A DNA stretch of 60,450 bases from Actinomycetota bacterium (GTDB lineage: Bacteria > Actinomycetota > Thermoleophilia > UBA2241), in the NCBI GenBank assembly GCA_026392275.1, contig JAPLCM010000093.1, positions 1 through 60,450 of the forward strand, in the 5' to 3' direction. The notes below the pieces were generated by a model. The model made no database searches, was not told the DNA's origin, and saw nothing but the letters and a program-made list of their open reading frames with translations. Every line of letters starts with the position of its first letter. Position 1 is the first letter of the stretch. A program made the translations under genes and the position numbers. Below are positions 49,260-58,188 of this stretch, piece after piece.

Positions 49260-50114
49260 TCATGCCTTTCCTTCCGTCAGCTCGTGCAGGATCGAGATGT
49301 TGCGTGCATCGGGCCCTTCACCGTCGAAGCCGGGCACCTCGAGGATGCCTGGCACCTCAGCGAAGGCTGGCTGATTCACGATCGCCCGGAACCCCTCGCG
49401 GCCGATCTCGCCCTCGCCGATGTTCTCGTGGCGGTCGCGGTTCGAGCCGAAGGGCGTCTTGGAGTCGTTGAGGTGGAGCATCACCAGGCGCTCGAGGCCG
49501 CAGGCGACGTCGAGGCGCGTCAGCGCCTCGTCCAGACCTGCGGCCGTGCGCAGGTCGAACCCGGCTTCGAAGACGTGCGCGGTGTCGAGGCACAGGCCCA
49601 ACCGCGGGTGCTCGTCGGCGGCGCGGATCATGGCGCCGAGCTCGTCGAAGTCGACGCCCATGGTGCCGCCGGCGCCGGCCGTGTTCTCGAGCAAGATACG
49701 CACCGGCGAGCCTTCAGTCTCGGTCAGGGCTTGGCGGAGCGCGGCCTGCACGCGCGCGAGACCGACGTCGAAGCCCGCCCCCTGGTGCGAGCCGACGTGC
49801 GTGACGATGGCGTCGGCGCCCAGCTGGTCCGCCGCGGCTGCGGCTCCCAGCAGCGACGTCACCGACTTCTCGTAGAAGTCCTCTTTGGCGCTCGCCAGGT
49901 TGATCAGGTAGATCGTGTGGATGACGACGAAGCGGATGCGAGACGCGCTGCGCGCTGCGCGGAACTTCGCCGCGTCCTCATCCCTATAGATCGTCGGCGC
50001 CCACGTGCGCGGGCTCCCGGCGAAGAACTGGACCGCCTCGCAGCCGATCTGCTCGCCGTTGTCAATGGCGTTCCACACGCCGCCCGACGACTTCACGTGC
50101 GCTCCGATGTACAT
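49260..50114 (-). CDS. nfo: Deoxyribonuclease IV (endonuclease IV)
   Basis: From ATG 50114 (AAGGAGAG upstream): MYIGAHVKSSGG, IHTIYLINLAS, LENTAG, CLDTAHVFEAG and HLNDSK, the canonical Nfo metal-site motifs. Confidence 0.9.
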   Translation of the reverse strand: MYIGAHVKSSGGVWNAIDNGEQIGCEAVQFFAGSPRTWAPTIYRDEDAAKFRAARSASRIRFVVIHTIYLINLASAKEDFYEKSVTSLLGAAAAADQLGADAIVTHVGSHQGAGFDVGLARVQAALRQALTETEGSPVRILLENTAGAGGTMGVDFDELGAMIRAADEHPRLGLCLDTAHVFEAGFDLRTAAGLDEALTRLDVACGLERLVMLHLNDSKTPFGSNRDRHENIGEGEIGREGFRAIVNQPAFAEVPGILEVPGFDGEGPDARNISILHELTEGKA

Positions 50115-50160
50115 GCATCTCTCCTTGCTGCTCTGTGCGGCGCCCAAGCGGCGCCGCGCT

Positions 50161-50646
50161 TCAGACGAAATCCCGCGACGCCTCGCGACGCCAGGCCCTC
50201 GCGAAGACCTCACGCTCTTCGCCGTCTTCGCCTTCGGTGACGCGCACCTTGTTCTCGACGAAGAACGTGGGCTCATCGCAGCTCATCTGCCCCAGGGTGA
50301 CGATGTGGAAACGACCCTGGTCGCCCCACCACAGGACGCTCTCCACGCTCACGCGGACCGTGGCGGACAGGGGGGCGCCTTCTCGCACGCCGTAGATCAC
50401 CGTGTTCCACTCCTCGCTCTCCCATCCGTTGGGCACGATGACGTTACCGCCGTCCACGTAGTGGTACGTCCAGGAGACGCCGCCGTCGGTCAGGTCGCGC
50501 ACGTAGCGGCGATCGCCGGGCCCGCCGCCGACGGTCTGCTCGCCGAGGCCCGGGGGCACCAGCGGCACCTCGAAGGCCGGCAGGGTGTCGTCCGGTTCGC
50601 CGCCGCCACGCAGGTCGACGCGCAGAGGAGCCACGTCGCGTACCAT
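50161..50646 (-). CDS. Hypothetical protein
   Basis: 161-aa ORF with balanced, protein-like composition (WTYHYVDGGNVIVPNGWESEEWNTVIYGV...). I recognise no motif. Confidence 0.5.
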   Translation of the reverse strand: MVRDVAPLRVDLRGGGEPDDTLPAFEVPLVPPGLGEQTVGGGPGDRRYVRDLTDGGVSWTYHYVDGGNVIVPNGWESEEWNTVIYGVREGAPLSATVRVSVESVLWWGDQGRFHIVTLGQMSCDEPTFFVENKVRVTEGEDGEEREVFARAWRREASRDFV

Positions 50647-50847
50647 GCGGCCACCTCCCGGCGGAACGTTTCACAGGACGCACGGCGAGTGCACCGGGCG
50701 CGTTCGCCGAGCGGCAATGCCGGGGCTCTGCCTCGCCCGATGCAGGAGCCGGCGCCCGCTGGGTGAACTACTGACCAGTGTGCCTGCACCGGCGCGCGGC
50801 CGGGTCGTGCGCCGCGTGCTCATCAGCCCGACGGCGGAGGAGGCCAG

Positions 50848-51090
50848 ATGGACGAGGACGGCGTGCATCGCTGCGGCACGTGCCCGGCGTTCGCGGAGTT
50901 GGCGGGCGGGGGTGGAGCGGGAACCTGCCGGTCGGCGCCGCCGGTCGTCCTGCAGGCGGTGAAGTACTTCCGCGGCTCGAGCCGTGATCTGCTGTTCGGC
51001 AGCTACCCCGCCGTGGGCGCCTTCCCGCTGGTGCGCCAAGAGGACTTCTGCATGGCGCACCCTAAGAACCGCGGGCTCATCTCGCGCTGA
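50848..51090 (+). CDS. Hypothetical small Cys-rich protein
   Basis: 80 aa. CGTC...GTC near the N-terminus and a C-terminal EDFCMAH. Same strand as, and 159 nt upstream of, the AsnB-CofE-like fusion. Confidence 0.4.
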   Translation: MDEDGVHRCGTCPAFAELAGGGGAGTCRSAPPVVLQAVKYFRGSSRDLLFGSYPAVGAFPLVRQEDFCMAHPKNRGLISR

Positions 51091-51249
51091 CGCCGGTACG
51101 CCGCTGCGCCTCCGGTGGGTTTCGCGCGAGGCCGGCGGCGTCTTCTCGCGGGTCGGTCGACCTCGGGGCCTGTGGTAAAGTTGAGGCGCGTGGCGGCTGC
51201 AACGCAGCCCCGCGACTGCCGATCACCCACCTCAGGAGAGCACCAGCGT

Positions 51250-54021
51250 ATGTGCGGCATCTTCGGTTTCGTCGGTTCACCGGACCGCCAGCTCCTCGGC
51301 CGCATGGCCGCCGCCCTCGTGCATCGCGGTCCCGACGACGCCGGCTCGTTCGAGCGGCCTGCCGTCAGCCTCGGTCACCGCCGCCTCAGCATCATCGATC
51401 GCGAAGGCGGTCACCAGCCCATCGCCAACGAAGACGAGACCATCTGGCTGGTGTACAACGGCGAGGTCTACAACTACCGTGAACTGCACGCCGAGCTTGT
51501 GGCCGCTGGGCACGACTTTCGCACCAGCAGCGACAGCGAGGTCATCGTCCACGCATATGAGGAGTGGGGCCCGGGCTGCGCGGCACGCTTCAACGGCATG
51601 TGGGCGTTCGCCATCGCCGACCTTCGTGAGGGCGACGGTAAGCTCGTCTTCAACCGCGACCATTTCGGCATCAAGCCCCTGTTCTATGCGCGCTCGCCGC
51701 AGACGGGCCGGCTGCTCTTCGCCAGCGAGATCAAGGCGCTACTGCAGGACCGCGACCTCAAGGCGACGCCCGACGATCAGCTGGTGTACGAGTTCCTCGA
51801 GCATGGCCTGCACGACCACCGCGCCGAGACGATGTTCGCCGGTATCTATCACGTGCCGGCGGCCACGTGGATGGAGATCCCACTCGGCTCGCCGCCGGCG
51901 CCGGCGAGCGCAGCTGCCGCCTCCGGCGCCGGCCCCGGCCTGCTCACCGGACCGCTCGCGAGTACGCCCTACTGGATGCCCGAGCTGCGCACCGACGGGC
52001 GCCCCGACCCGGCCCTGTTCCGCCGCCTCTTCCGCACCAGCGTCGAACGGCGGCTTGTGTCGGAAGTCCCCGTCGGCTCGTGTCTCTCGGGCGGCCTCGA
52101 CTCGACGTCGATAGTCGCCTTCATGAGCGAGCTGCTCACGGAGGACGCCCCGGACGCGGCTTCGCTGCGCGGCCAGCTCAAGACCTTCAGCGCCGTGTTC
52201 GACGGCGACCCTATCGATGAGCGCGACTACATCGAGGTCGCCGTCGAGAGCACCGGCGCCGACACGACGTACACGAACCCCACGTCCGCGGAGTTCATCG
52301 ACGAGCTGCGCGAGTTCATCTGGCACCAGGAAGAGCCCTTCGTCAGCACCGGCCCGTACGCGCAGTGGTGCGTCATGCGCTCCGCCCGCGAGCAGGTGAC
52401 GGTGCTGCTCGACGGCCAGGGCGGCGACGAGCTGCTCGCCGGCTACGTGCCGTATCAGCTCGTCTACCTGCGTCAGCTTCGCAAGGAGGGCCGCTACGCC
52501 GAGTTGCGCCACGAGACCGCGAAGTCGCGTGACGTCCTCTGGCCGCTGATCCGCCGCCGGCTCTCCCAGCGGAGCAAGCGCCTGGACACGCGGCGTCTGC
52601 TCAAGCCCGGCTTTGTGAGCCGCGTCAAAGACCCCCAGGGCGGCGTGTCGCGGACGCAGCTCAAGGAGCGTCTGCTGCAGGACCTGCTTACCTACTGCCT
52701 GCCCTGCCTGCTCCGCTACGAGGATCGCAACTCCATGGCGTTCAGCGTCGAGTCGCGGCTGCCGTATCTCGACCAGGAGTTCGTCGACTACCTGCTCACG
52801 TTGCCCGACGACGCCATCATCCGCGAAGGCTGGAGCCGCTGGATCCTTCGCGCGGGCCTCAAGGGCACGCTTCCCGAGAAGATCCGCCTGAGGCGCTGGA
52901 AGGTCGGGTTCACGACCCCGGAGATGCGCTGGATCAAGGCGCGCCGGGCGGCCTTCACGAGTCTCTATCAGTCGCCGACGTTCCAGTCGCGGCCGTACTG
53001 GGACGGCACGGCGCTCGTCGGCGCGTTTCGCGACTGCTGTCGTGGCAAGGTCGAGGAGTCGCCGCTCTTCTGGCGCACCGCCAACGTCGAGCTTTGGCTG
53101 CGCGAGCTCTGCGACCGCAGCGTGGTGCTCGAGGATGCCGACATCGAGGCGGCCCTCACCGCGCCGGCCGAGATCGGGCCCAAGCGCCGCGGCACGATGG
53201 CCGCGGCCGCCGACCCGCGCGTGCCGGCGTTGCTGGCCGCCGCTGGGGGCGCGGCCGCCGCGGCGGGCACGGCCGAGGCGCAGCGTCTCCTCGGCGCGTA
53301 CGCCCCCCACCCAGGCAAGCACCTGTTCGCGGCCACTCGAGGGTACGTGTTCGCGCGCCTGCCCATCAAGACCAGTGTGGTCTCGCGCGGCGACGAGCTT
53401 GCCGAGGTGTGCCGTGAGTACGTAGCTCCCCACGTGAAGCCCGGCGATATCGTCGCCATGGCCGAGAACGCGGTCTCCGCCGCCCAGGGCCGCAGCTTCC
53501 CCATCGACGACATCCACCCCACCTGGCTCGCCACCAAGCTCGGCAACGCGGTCACCAAGACGCCCCACGGCATCGGCCTGGGCACGCCGCAGACGATGCA
53601 GCTCGCCATCGACCAGGTCGGGGCCCCGCGCATCGTCGTCGCGGCGATCGCGGGCGCGGCCGGGCGCCTCGTGCGGCAGAAGGGCATCTTCTACCTCGTC
53701 GCCGGCCGCGAAGTGGAGGCGATCGACGGCCCGGCCTACAACCGGCTGCCGCCGCACAACACCTCCGCCAGCCTCGGGCCCGCCGACCCCGACGGCGTCT
53801 CCACGCATCTCAGCGCCGTCCTCAGCGAGGCTGCCGGTGGCACGGTGCACGTGGCCGTCATCGACGCCAGCGATCTGGCCGTCACCGTCCTCGGAGCATC
53901 CCCGGGCACCGACCGCGAGCTCGTAGGCGTCCTGATGCGCGACAACCCACTGGGCCAGGGCACGGAGCAAACGCCCGTGTGCGTCATGCGGCCGCTCGGG
54001 CCGCTGCCTTCGCGGAGTTAG
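51250..54021 (+). CDS. Glutamine-hydrolysing asparagine synthetase (AsnB family) fused to a C-terminal CofE/F420-0:gamma-glutamyl-ligase-like domain
   Basis: MCGIFGF places the Cys2 nucleophile of a class-II amidotransferase. PP-loop SGGLDSTS. AsnB-like body runs to about 53130, followed by an Ala-rich linker. From about 53314: GDELAEV..KPGDIVAMAENAVSAAQGR, LGPADPDGVS and LMRDNPLGQGTEQTPVCVMR, resembling CofE. CAGGAGAG Shine-Dalgarno upstream of ATG 51250. Confidence 0.75.
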   Translation: MCGIFGFVGSPDRQLLGRMAAALVHRGPDDAGSFERPAVSLGHRRLSIIDREGGHQPIANEDETIWLVYNGEVYNYRELHAELVAAGHDFRTSSDSEVIVHAYEEWGPGCAARFNGMWAFAIADLREGDGKLVFNRDHFGIKPLFYARSPQTGRLLFASEIKALLQDRDLKATPDDQLVYEFLEHGLHDHRAETMFAGIYHVPAATWMEIPLGSPPAPASAAAASGAGPGLLTGPLASTPYWMPELRTDGRPDPALFRRLFRTSVERRLVSEVPVGSCLSGGLDSTSIVAFMSELLTEDAPDAASLRGQLKTFSAVFDGDPIDERDYIEVAVESTGADTTYTNPTSAEFIDELREFIWHQEEPFVSTGPYAQWCVMRSAREQVTVLLDGQGGDELLAGYVPYQLVYLRQLRKEGRYAELRHETAKSRDVLWPLIRRRLSQRSKRLDTRRLLKPGFVSRVKDPQGGVSRTQLKERLLQDLLTYCLPCLLRYEDRNSMAFSVESRLPYLDQEFVDYLLTLPDDAIIREGWSRWILRAGLKGTLPEKIRLRRWKVGFTTPEMRWIKARRAAFTSLYQSPTFQSRPYWDGTALVGAFRDCCRGKVEESPLFWRTANVELWLRELCDRSVVLEDADIEAALTAPAEIGPKRRGTMAAAADPRVPALLAAAGGAAAAAGTAEAQRLLGAYAPHPGKHLFAATRGYVFARLPIKTSVVSRGDELAEVCREYVAPHVKPGDIVAMAENAVSAAQGRSFPIDDIHPTWLATKLGNAVTKTPHGIGLGTPQTMQLAIDQVGAPRIVVAAIAGAAGRLVRQKGIFYLVAGREVEAIDGPAYNRLPPHNTSASLGPADPDGVSTHLSAVLSEAAGGTVHVAVIDASDLAVTVLGASPGTDRELVGVLMRDNPLGQGTEQTPVCVMRPLGPLPSRS

Positions 54022-54221
54022 CCGCGGCGCGTCTCGGCGTGACCGTTAGGCGCCGGTGAAGACCGCTCCCAAAGTGGCGCTGCTCAGCCTCGTCGTCGCG
54101 GGCGACGATAGCGCACGCGCAGGTATCGGGGTGCTTGATCGTGCCCTCCAAGGGGGGTGACCGCCCCGGGCCTTGAGGTGTATAAGAAGTGGTCGGCGCC
54201 GGCGTAGGGGGAGGACAGGCA

Positions 54222-55166
54222 GTGAGCATCGTCGAGGTCCAGGAGCTGCGCAAGCAGTACGACCCGCCCAAGGGCGTGCTGGCCGTCGACGGGGTGAGCT
54301 TCGACATTGCCGAGGGCGAGATCTTCAGCCTCCTCGGGCCCAACGGGGCCGGCAAGAGCACCACTATCTCGATGCTGAGCTGCCTGCTGCGCCCGAGCGG
54401 CGGCGACGCCCTCGTCGCCGGGCACTCGGTCGTGAGCGACTCGCAGGCGGTCAAGGAGACCATCGGCGTCGTGCCGCAGGACATCGCCCTGTACCCGGAT
54501 ATGAGCGCTCGCGAGAACCTCGTCTTCTGGGGCAAGATGTACGGCCTTGCCGGGGCCGAGCTGCACGCACGCGTGGACGAGGTGCTCGAGCTCATCACGC
54601 TGGTCGACCGGCAGAAGGACCGCATCGAGAAGTTCAGCGGTGGCATGAAGCGTCGGGTCAACATCGGCGTCGCGCTGCTGCACAAGCCCAAGGTGCTCTA
54701 CCTCGACGAGCCGACGGTGGGGATCGACCCGCAGAGCCGGCGGTCGATCCTCGACGGCATCCTCGCGCTGCGCGACCAGGGCATGACGATCCTCTACACC
54801 ACGCACTACATGGCCGAGGCGCAGGAGCTCAGCGACCGCATCGCCATCGTCGACCACGGCAAGATGATCGCCATCGGGACGCACGAGGAGCTCGTGAAGA
54901 TCGTCGGCCAGAGCGCCCGCGTCACCGCACGCGTCGACCACTATCTCGAGGGCATGGCCGAGCGCTGGCGCGAGGTCAAGGGCGTCGAGAAGGTGGACGT
55001 CGAGGAGGACGAGGCCGTCCTGCTCACCGAGGATCCCAACGAGGTGCTGCCGCGGCTGTTCGAAGCGGCGGCCGAGGCCGGCTCGCGCATCACGGAGATC
55101 AACGTCACCGAGCCGAACCTCGAGATGGTGTTCCTGCACCTGACCGGGCGCGCGCTGCGCGAGTGA
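54222..55166 (+). CDS. ABC transporter ATP-binding protein (ABC-2 exporter type)
   Basis: Walker A GPNGAGKST, signature FSGGMKRRV and Walker B LYLDEP. GTG 54222 with GGGGGAGGA upstream. Confidence 0.9.
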   Translation: MSIVEVQELRKQYDPPKGVLAVDGVSFDIAEGEIFSLLGPNGAGKSTTISMLSCLLRPSGGDALVAGHSVVSDSQAVKETIGVVPQDIALYPDMSARENLVFWGKMYGLAGAELHARVDEVLELITLVDRQKDRIEKFSGGMKRRVNIGVALLHKPKVLYLDEPTVGIDPQSRRSILDGILALRDQGMTILYTTHYMAEAQELSDRIAIVDHGKMIAIGTHEELVKIVGQSARVTARVDHYLEGMAERWREVKGVEKVDVEEDEAVLLTEDPNEVLPRLFEAAAEAGSRITEINVTEPNLEMVFLHLTGRALRE

Positions 55167-55188
55167 TCCGGACGCCTCCGCTCACGTC

Positions 55189-56430
55189 GTGACCAAGATC
55201 CTCGCCATCGCCTGGAAGGACCTGCGCAGCACGTTGCGCAACGTGCCGGCGCTGGTGATGATGCTGGCCGCGCCGCTGGCGCTCGCCGCACTGCTCGGCT
55301 TCGCCTTCGGCGGCAGCGGCGGCTTCGACATCGCCGCGACCAAGGTCGTGGTGGCGAATCTGGACAAGGGCGGCGCCGATGCCGGCCAGAACGCCGGCGC
55401 CGCCATCCAGAGCATCCTCACGAGCAAGGACCTCAAGGATGTGCTCGAGACGAGCACCCGGAGCTCCGAGGTCGCCGCCCAGCAGGCCGTCGACGACGGC
55501 AAAGCGGCGGTGGCCGTCATCGTGCCGCAGGACTTCAGCGCCGTCGTCTTCGGAAGCGACCCGGCGGCGACGAGCCAGGTCGAGCTCTACGAGAACCCGA
55601 CCAGCGAGATCGGGGGCTCCATCGTCGAGGGCGTGGTCGGCCAGGTGCTCGCCGACTTCAACGGCGCCCGTGCGGCCGCGGCCGGCGCCGTCGCTCTCGC
55701 GTCGCAGGGCAACGACCCCGCCGACCCGCAGATGCTCGCGGCCAGCGCCGCCGGGCAGTTCAGCCACTCGGGTGGGGTGTCGGCCGGCCTCCGGATCAGC
55801 CAGCGCTCGCCGCAGGCCGGCGCGACCGAGAAGGAGGTCAGCGTCACCGGCTCCATCCTCTCCGGCATGATGATCTTCTTCATGTTTTTCGGCGCGGCCA
55901 ACGTGGCGCGCACCATCCTGACCGAAGACCGTGACGGCACGATGCCGCGCCTCTTCACCACGCCGACGCGGCACGGCCTGATCATCGGCGGCAAGTTCGT
56001 CGCCGTCTTCCTCACGGTCCTGCTGCAGGCGATCGTCCTGCTCATCGCCGGTCGCCTGATCTTCGGCATCCAGTGGGGCCGCCTCGACGCCGTCGTCCTG
56101 CTCACGGTGGTCGCCGCCGGCGTGGCCGGTGGCCTCGCGCTCCTCGTCATCTCGTTCGCCAAGACGCCGGCCCAGGCGGGCGCGATCGGCTCCGGTATCT
56201 ACCTCGTCCTCGCGCTGCTCGGCGGCAACTTCACCGGCACGGCGCAGACCAGCGGCGTGTACGGCGTCGTCCAGAAGTTCACGCCCAATGGCTGGCTCAT
56301 CGAGGGCTGGGATACAACGCTGCGCGGCGGCGGGGCGCTGGATATCCGCTGGCAGGTGCTGGTCCCGCTGGGATTCGCCGTCGCCTTCTTCTTCTTCGCC
56401 GTGCTGCGTATGCGGAGGCGGTTCGCATGA
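55189..56430 (+). CDS. ABC-2 type transporter permease
   Basis: N-terminal TM helix, a large extracytoplasmic loop, then five C-terminal TM helices. Follows the ATPase. Confidence 0.75.
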   Translation: MTKILAIAWKDLRSTLRNVPALVMMLAAPLALAALLGFAFGGSGGFDIAATKVVVANLDKGGADAGQNAGAAIQSILTSKDLKDVLETSTRSSEVAAQQAVDDGKAAVAVIVPQDFSAVVFGSDPAATSQVELYENPTSEIGGSIVEGVVGQVLADFNGARAAAAGAVALASQGNDPADPQMLAASAAGQFSHSGGVSAGLRISQRSPQAGATEKEVSVTGSILSGMMIFFMFFGAANVARTILTEDRDGTMPRLFTTPTRHGLIIGGKFVAVFLTVLLQAIVLLIAGRLIFGIQWGRLDAVVLLTVVAAGVAGGLALLVISFAKTPAQAGAIGSGIYLVLALLGGNFTGTAQTSGVYGVVQKFTPNGWLIEGWDTTLRGGGALDIRWQVLVPLGFAVAFFFFAVLRMRRRFA

Positions 56431-56440
56431 GGTGCCCGGC

Positions 56441-57649
56441 ATGAGACTCGCCGCTATCCTCGCGCGCAAGGACCTGGTGCAGACGGTGCGGGACAAGCTG
56501 TCGTTCATCTTCATCCTCGTCATGCCGCTGGCTTTCACGCTGTTCTTCGGGCTGCTTTTCGGCGGCGGTGGCAGCACGGACAAGCTGCCGCTGGCCGTGT
56601 GGGACGCGGACGGCGGCGCGGCCGCGCAGCAGCTGGTCGCCGCGCTCGACAAGTCCGCGGCCGTCCGCGTGGTCGTCAAGCAGGGGAACGCGTTCGAGAC
56701 CTGGATGGCCGACGAGCGCGCCGCCGCGGGCCTGCTCATCCCGAAGGGCTACAGCGCCGCGGTGGCCTCCGGGAAGAAAGCCGAGCTCACGATCGTCTCC
56801 ACCCAGGGCTCGAACGGCGCCGCGACCGCCGCCAGCGAGGTGCGTTCGCTGGCCGGCGAACAGGTTGCGGTCGAGCTGGCCTCGCGGGCGGCTGCGGAGT
56901 CTGTCTGGGCCACAAGGAGCATGCCGTCCGGCGCGTGGGACGGTGTGGTCAAGCAGTCCGCCACTCAGGTACGGCCGGTCGTCGCACAGGCTCTGGCTCA
57001 TCCGGCCGTGCGCACCAAGGTCGTCGAGGCCGGCGCCGCCGCCGGCCAGACGCCGAGCGGGTTCGTCCTCAGTTCCCCCGGCATGATGGTGAACTTCATC
57101 CTGTTCAGCCTCGTGACAGCCGGCATCGCGCTCATCACCGAGCGCCAGAACGGCACGCTGCAGCGCCTCATGACCACGCGGCTCCGCCGCTGGGAGCTCA
57201 TCGGCGGCAAGGCGGCCGGCATGTTCTGTCTCACCTTCGCGCAGCAGATCCTGCTGATGGGCGTCGCACAGCTCTTCTTCGGGGTGGACTACCTGCGCGA
57301 TCCGGCGGCGCTGCTCGTGATGATGGTCTCGCTCTCGCTGGTGGCGAGCACGCTGGGCCTGCTCCTTGCCTCAGTGCTCAAGAGTGAGCAGGCGCTGATC
57401 GCCACCACGGTGCTCGTCTCGATGTCCGTCGCCGCGCTCTCTGGCGCCTGGTTCCCCCTCGAGATCACCGGGCCGGCGTTCCAGACCGTCGGCCACCTGC
57501 TGCCGACCGCGTGGATCCTCGACGGGCTGCGCGGGATCGTGGTGCGCGGGTTCGACGTCGCCGACGTGCTGCCCCCGTTCGCCGTCTCCCTCGCGTGGGC
57601 CGCGGGATTCTTCGCGCTCGCCGTCTGGCGCTTCCGGCTGTCGGATTGA
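56441..57649 (+). CDS. ABC-2 type transporter permease (second subunit)
   Basis: MRLAAILARKDLVQTVRDKLSFIFILVMPLAF. Same topology as the preceding permease. ERQNGTLQRLMTT motif. Confidence 0.75.
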   Translation: MRLAAILARKDLVQTVRDKLSFIFILVMPLAFTLFFGLLFGGGGSTDKLPLAVWDADGGAAAQQLVAALDKSAAVRVVVKQGNAFETWMADERAAAGLLIPKGYSAAVASGKKAELTIVSTQGSNGAATAASEVRSLAGEQVAVELASRAAAESVWATRSMPSGAWDGVVKQSATQVRPVVAQALAHPAVRTKVVEAGAAAGQTPSGFVLSSPGMMVNFILFSLVTAGIALITERQNGTLQRLMTTRLRRWELIGGKAAGMFCLTFAQQILLMGVAQLFFGVDYLRDPAALLVMMVSLSLVASTLGLLLASVLKSEQALIATTVLVSMSVAALSGAWFPLEITGPAFQTVGHLLPTAWILDGLRGIVVRGFDVADVLPPFAVSLAWAAGFFALAVWRFRLSD

Positions 57650-57710
57650 CCTGCGGAGCGGCGTCATCGTGCGCGGCGCCGCCAGGCACAGCGCACTTTC
57701 ATCGCGCGGC

Positions 57711-58025
57711 TCACTCCTTTCGCGGCTTGATGCTCGCGTCCTTGGGCAGGGCGAGGCTTGCCGCGACCTCGATGGCTTTGAGGATCCCCGACGGGACGGG
57801 GCAGGCCGGGTGCACCAGGTGTTCGGCGGCGAGGCGAAGAGTCACGGGCCCCTCGTCGCGGTAGCTGATCTCACGGTACGGGTCCGCTTCAGTGAGCTGC
57901 TCGGCCAGCTTCTGTACGTAGCCGCACGTGGTCTCGAACTCAAGCCGCACGGTGCGGCCGTCCATCTTGGTGTGGACGGTGGTGCAGAAGCCGCAGATTC
58001 CGCTGTCGATCTCGGCTGACGCCAT
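57711..58025 (-). CDS. Hypothetical small Cys-containing protein
   Basis: 104 aa from ATG 58025 (AAGGAGAG upstream). SGICGFCTT, TTCGY and HPACPVPSGILKAIEVA suggest a conserved metal- or redox-type small protein. Confidence 0.55.
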   Translation of the reverse strand: MASAEIDSGICGFCTTVHTKMDGRTVRLEFETTCGYVQKLAEQLTEADPYREISYRDEGPVTLRLAAEHLVHPACPVPSGILKAIEVAASLALPKDASIKPRKE

Positions 58026-58188
58026 GGTCTCTCCTTGGTCGCGTGCGGGAGGTGCGCCCTTCATTCCCGCGACGGCCGCCCGCCATGCGTCGGCCGCGCC
58101 GCCGGCAGAGGCGGCCGGTGCGGTACCATCTACGCGCCCTTCGCCAGCGGCCATGTAGGCCGTTGCGCAAGCCTGAGGAGGATCGGCT

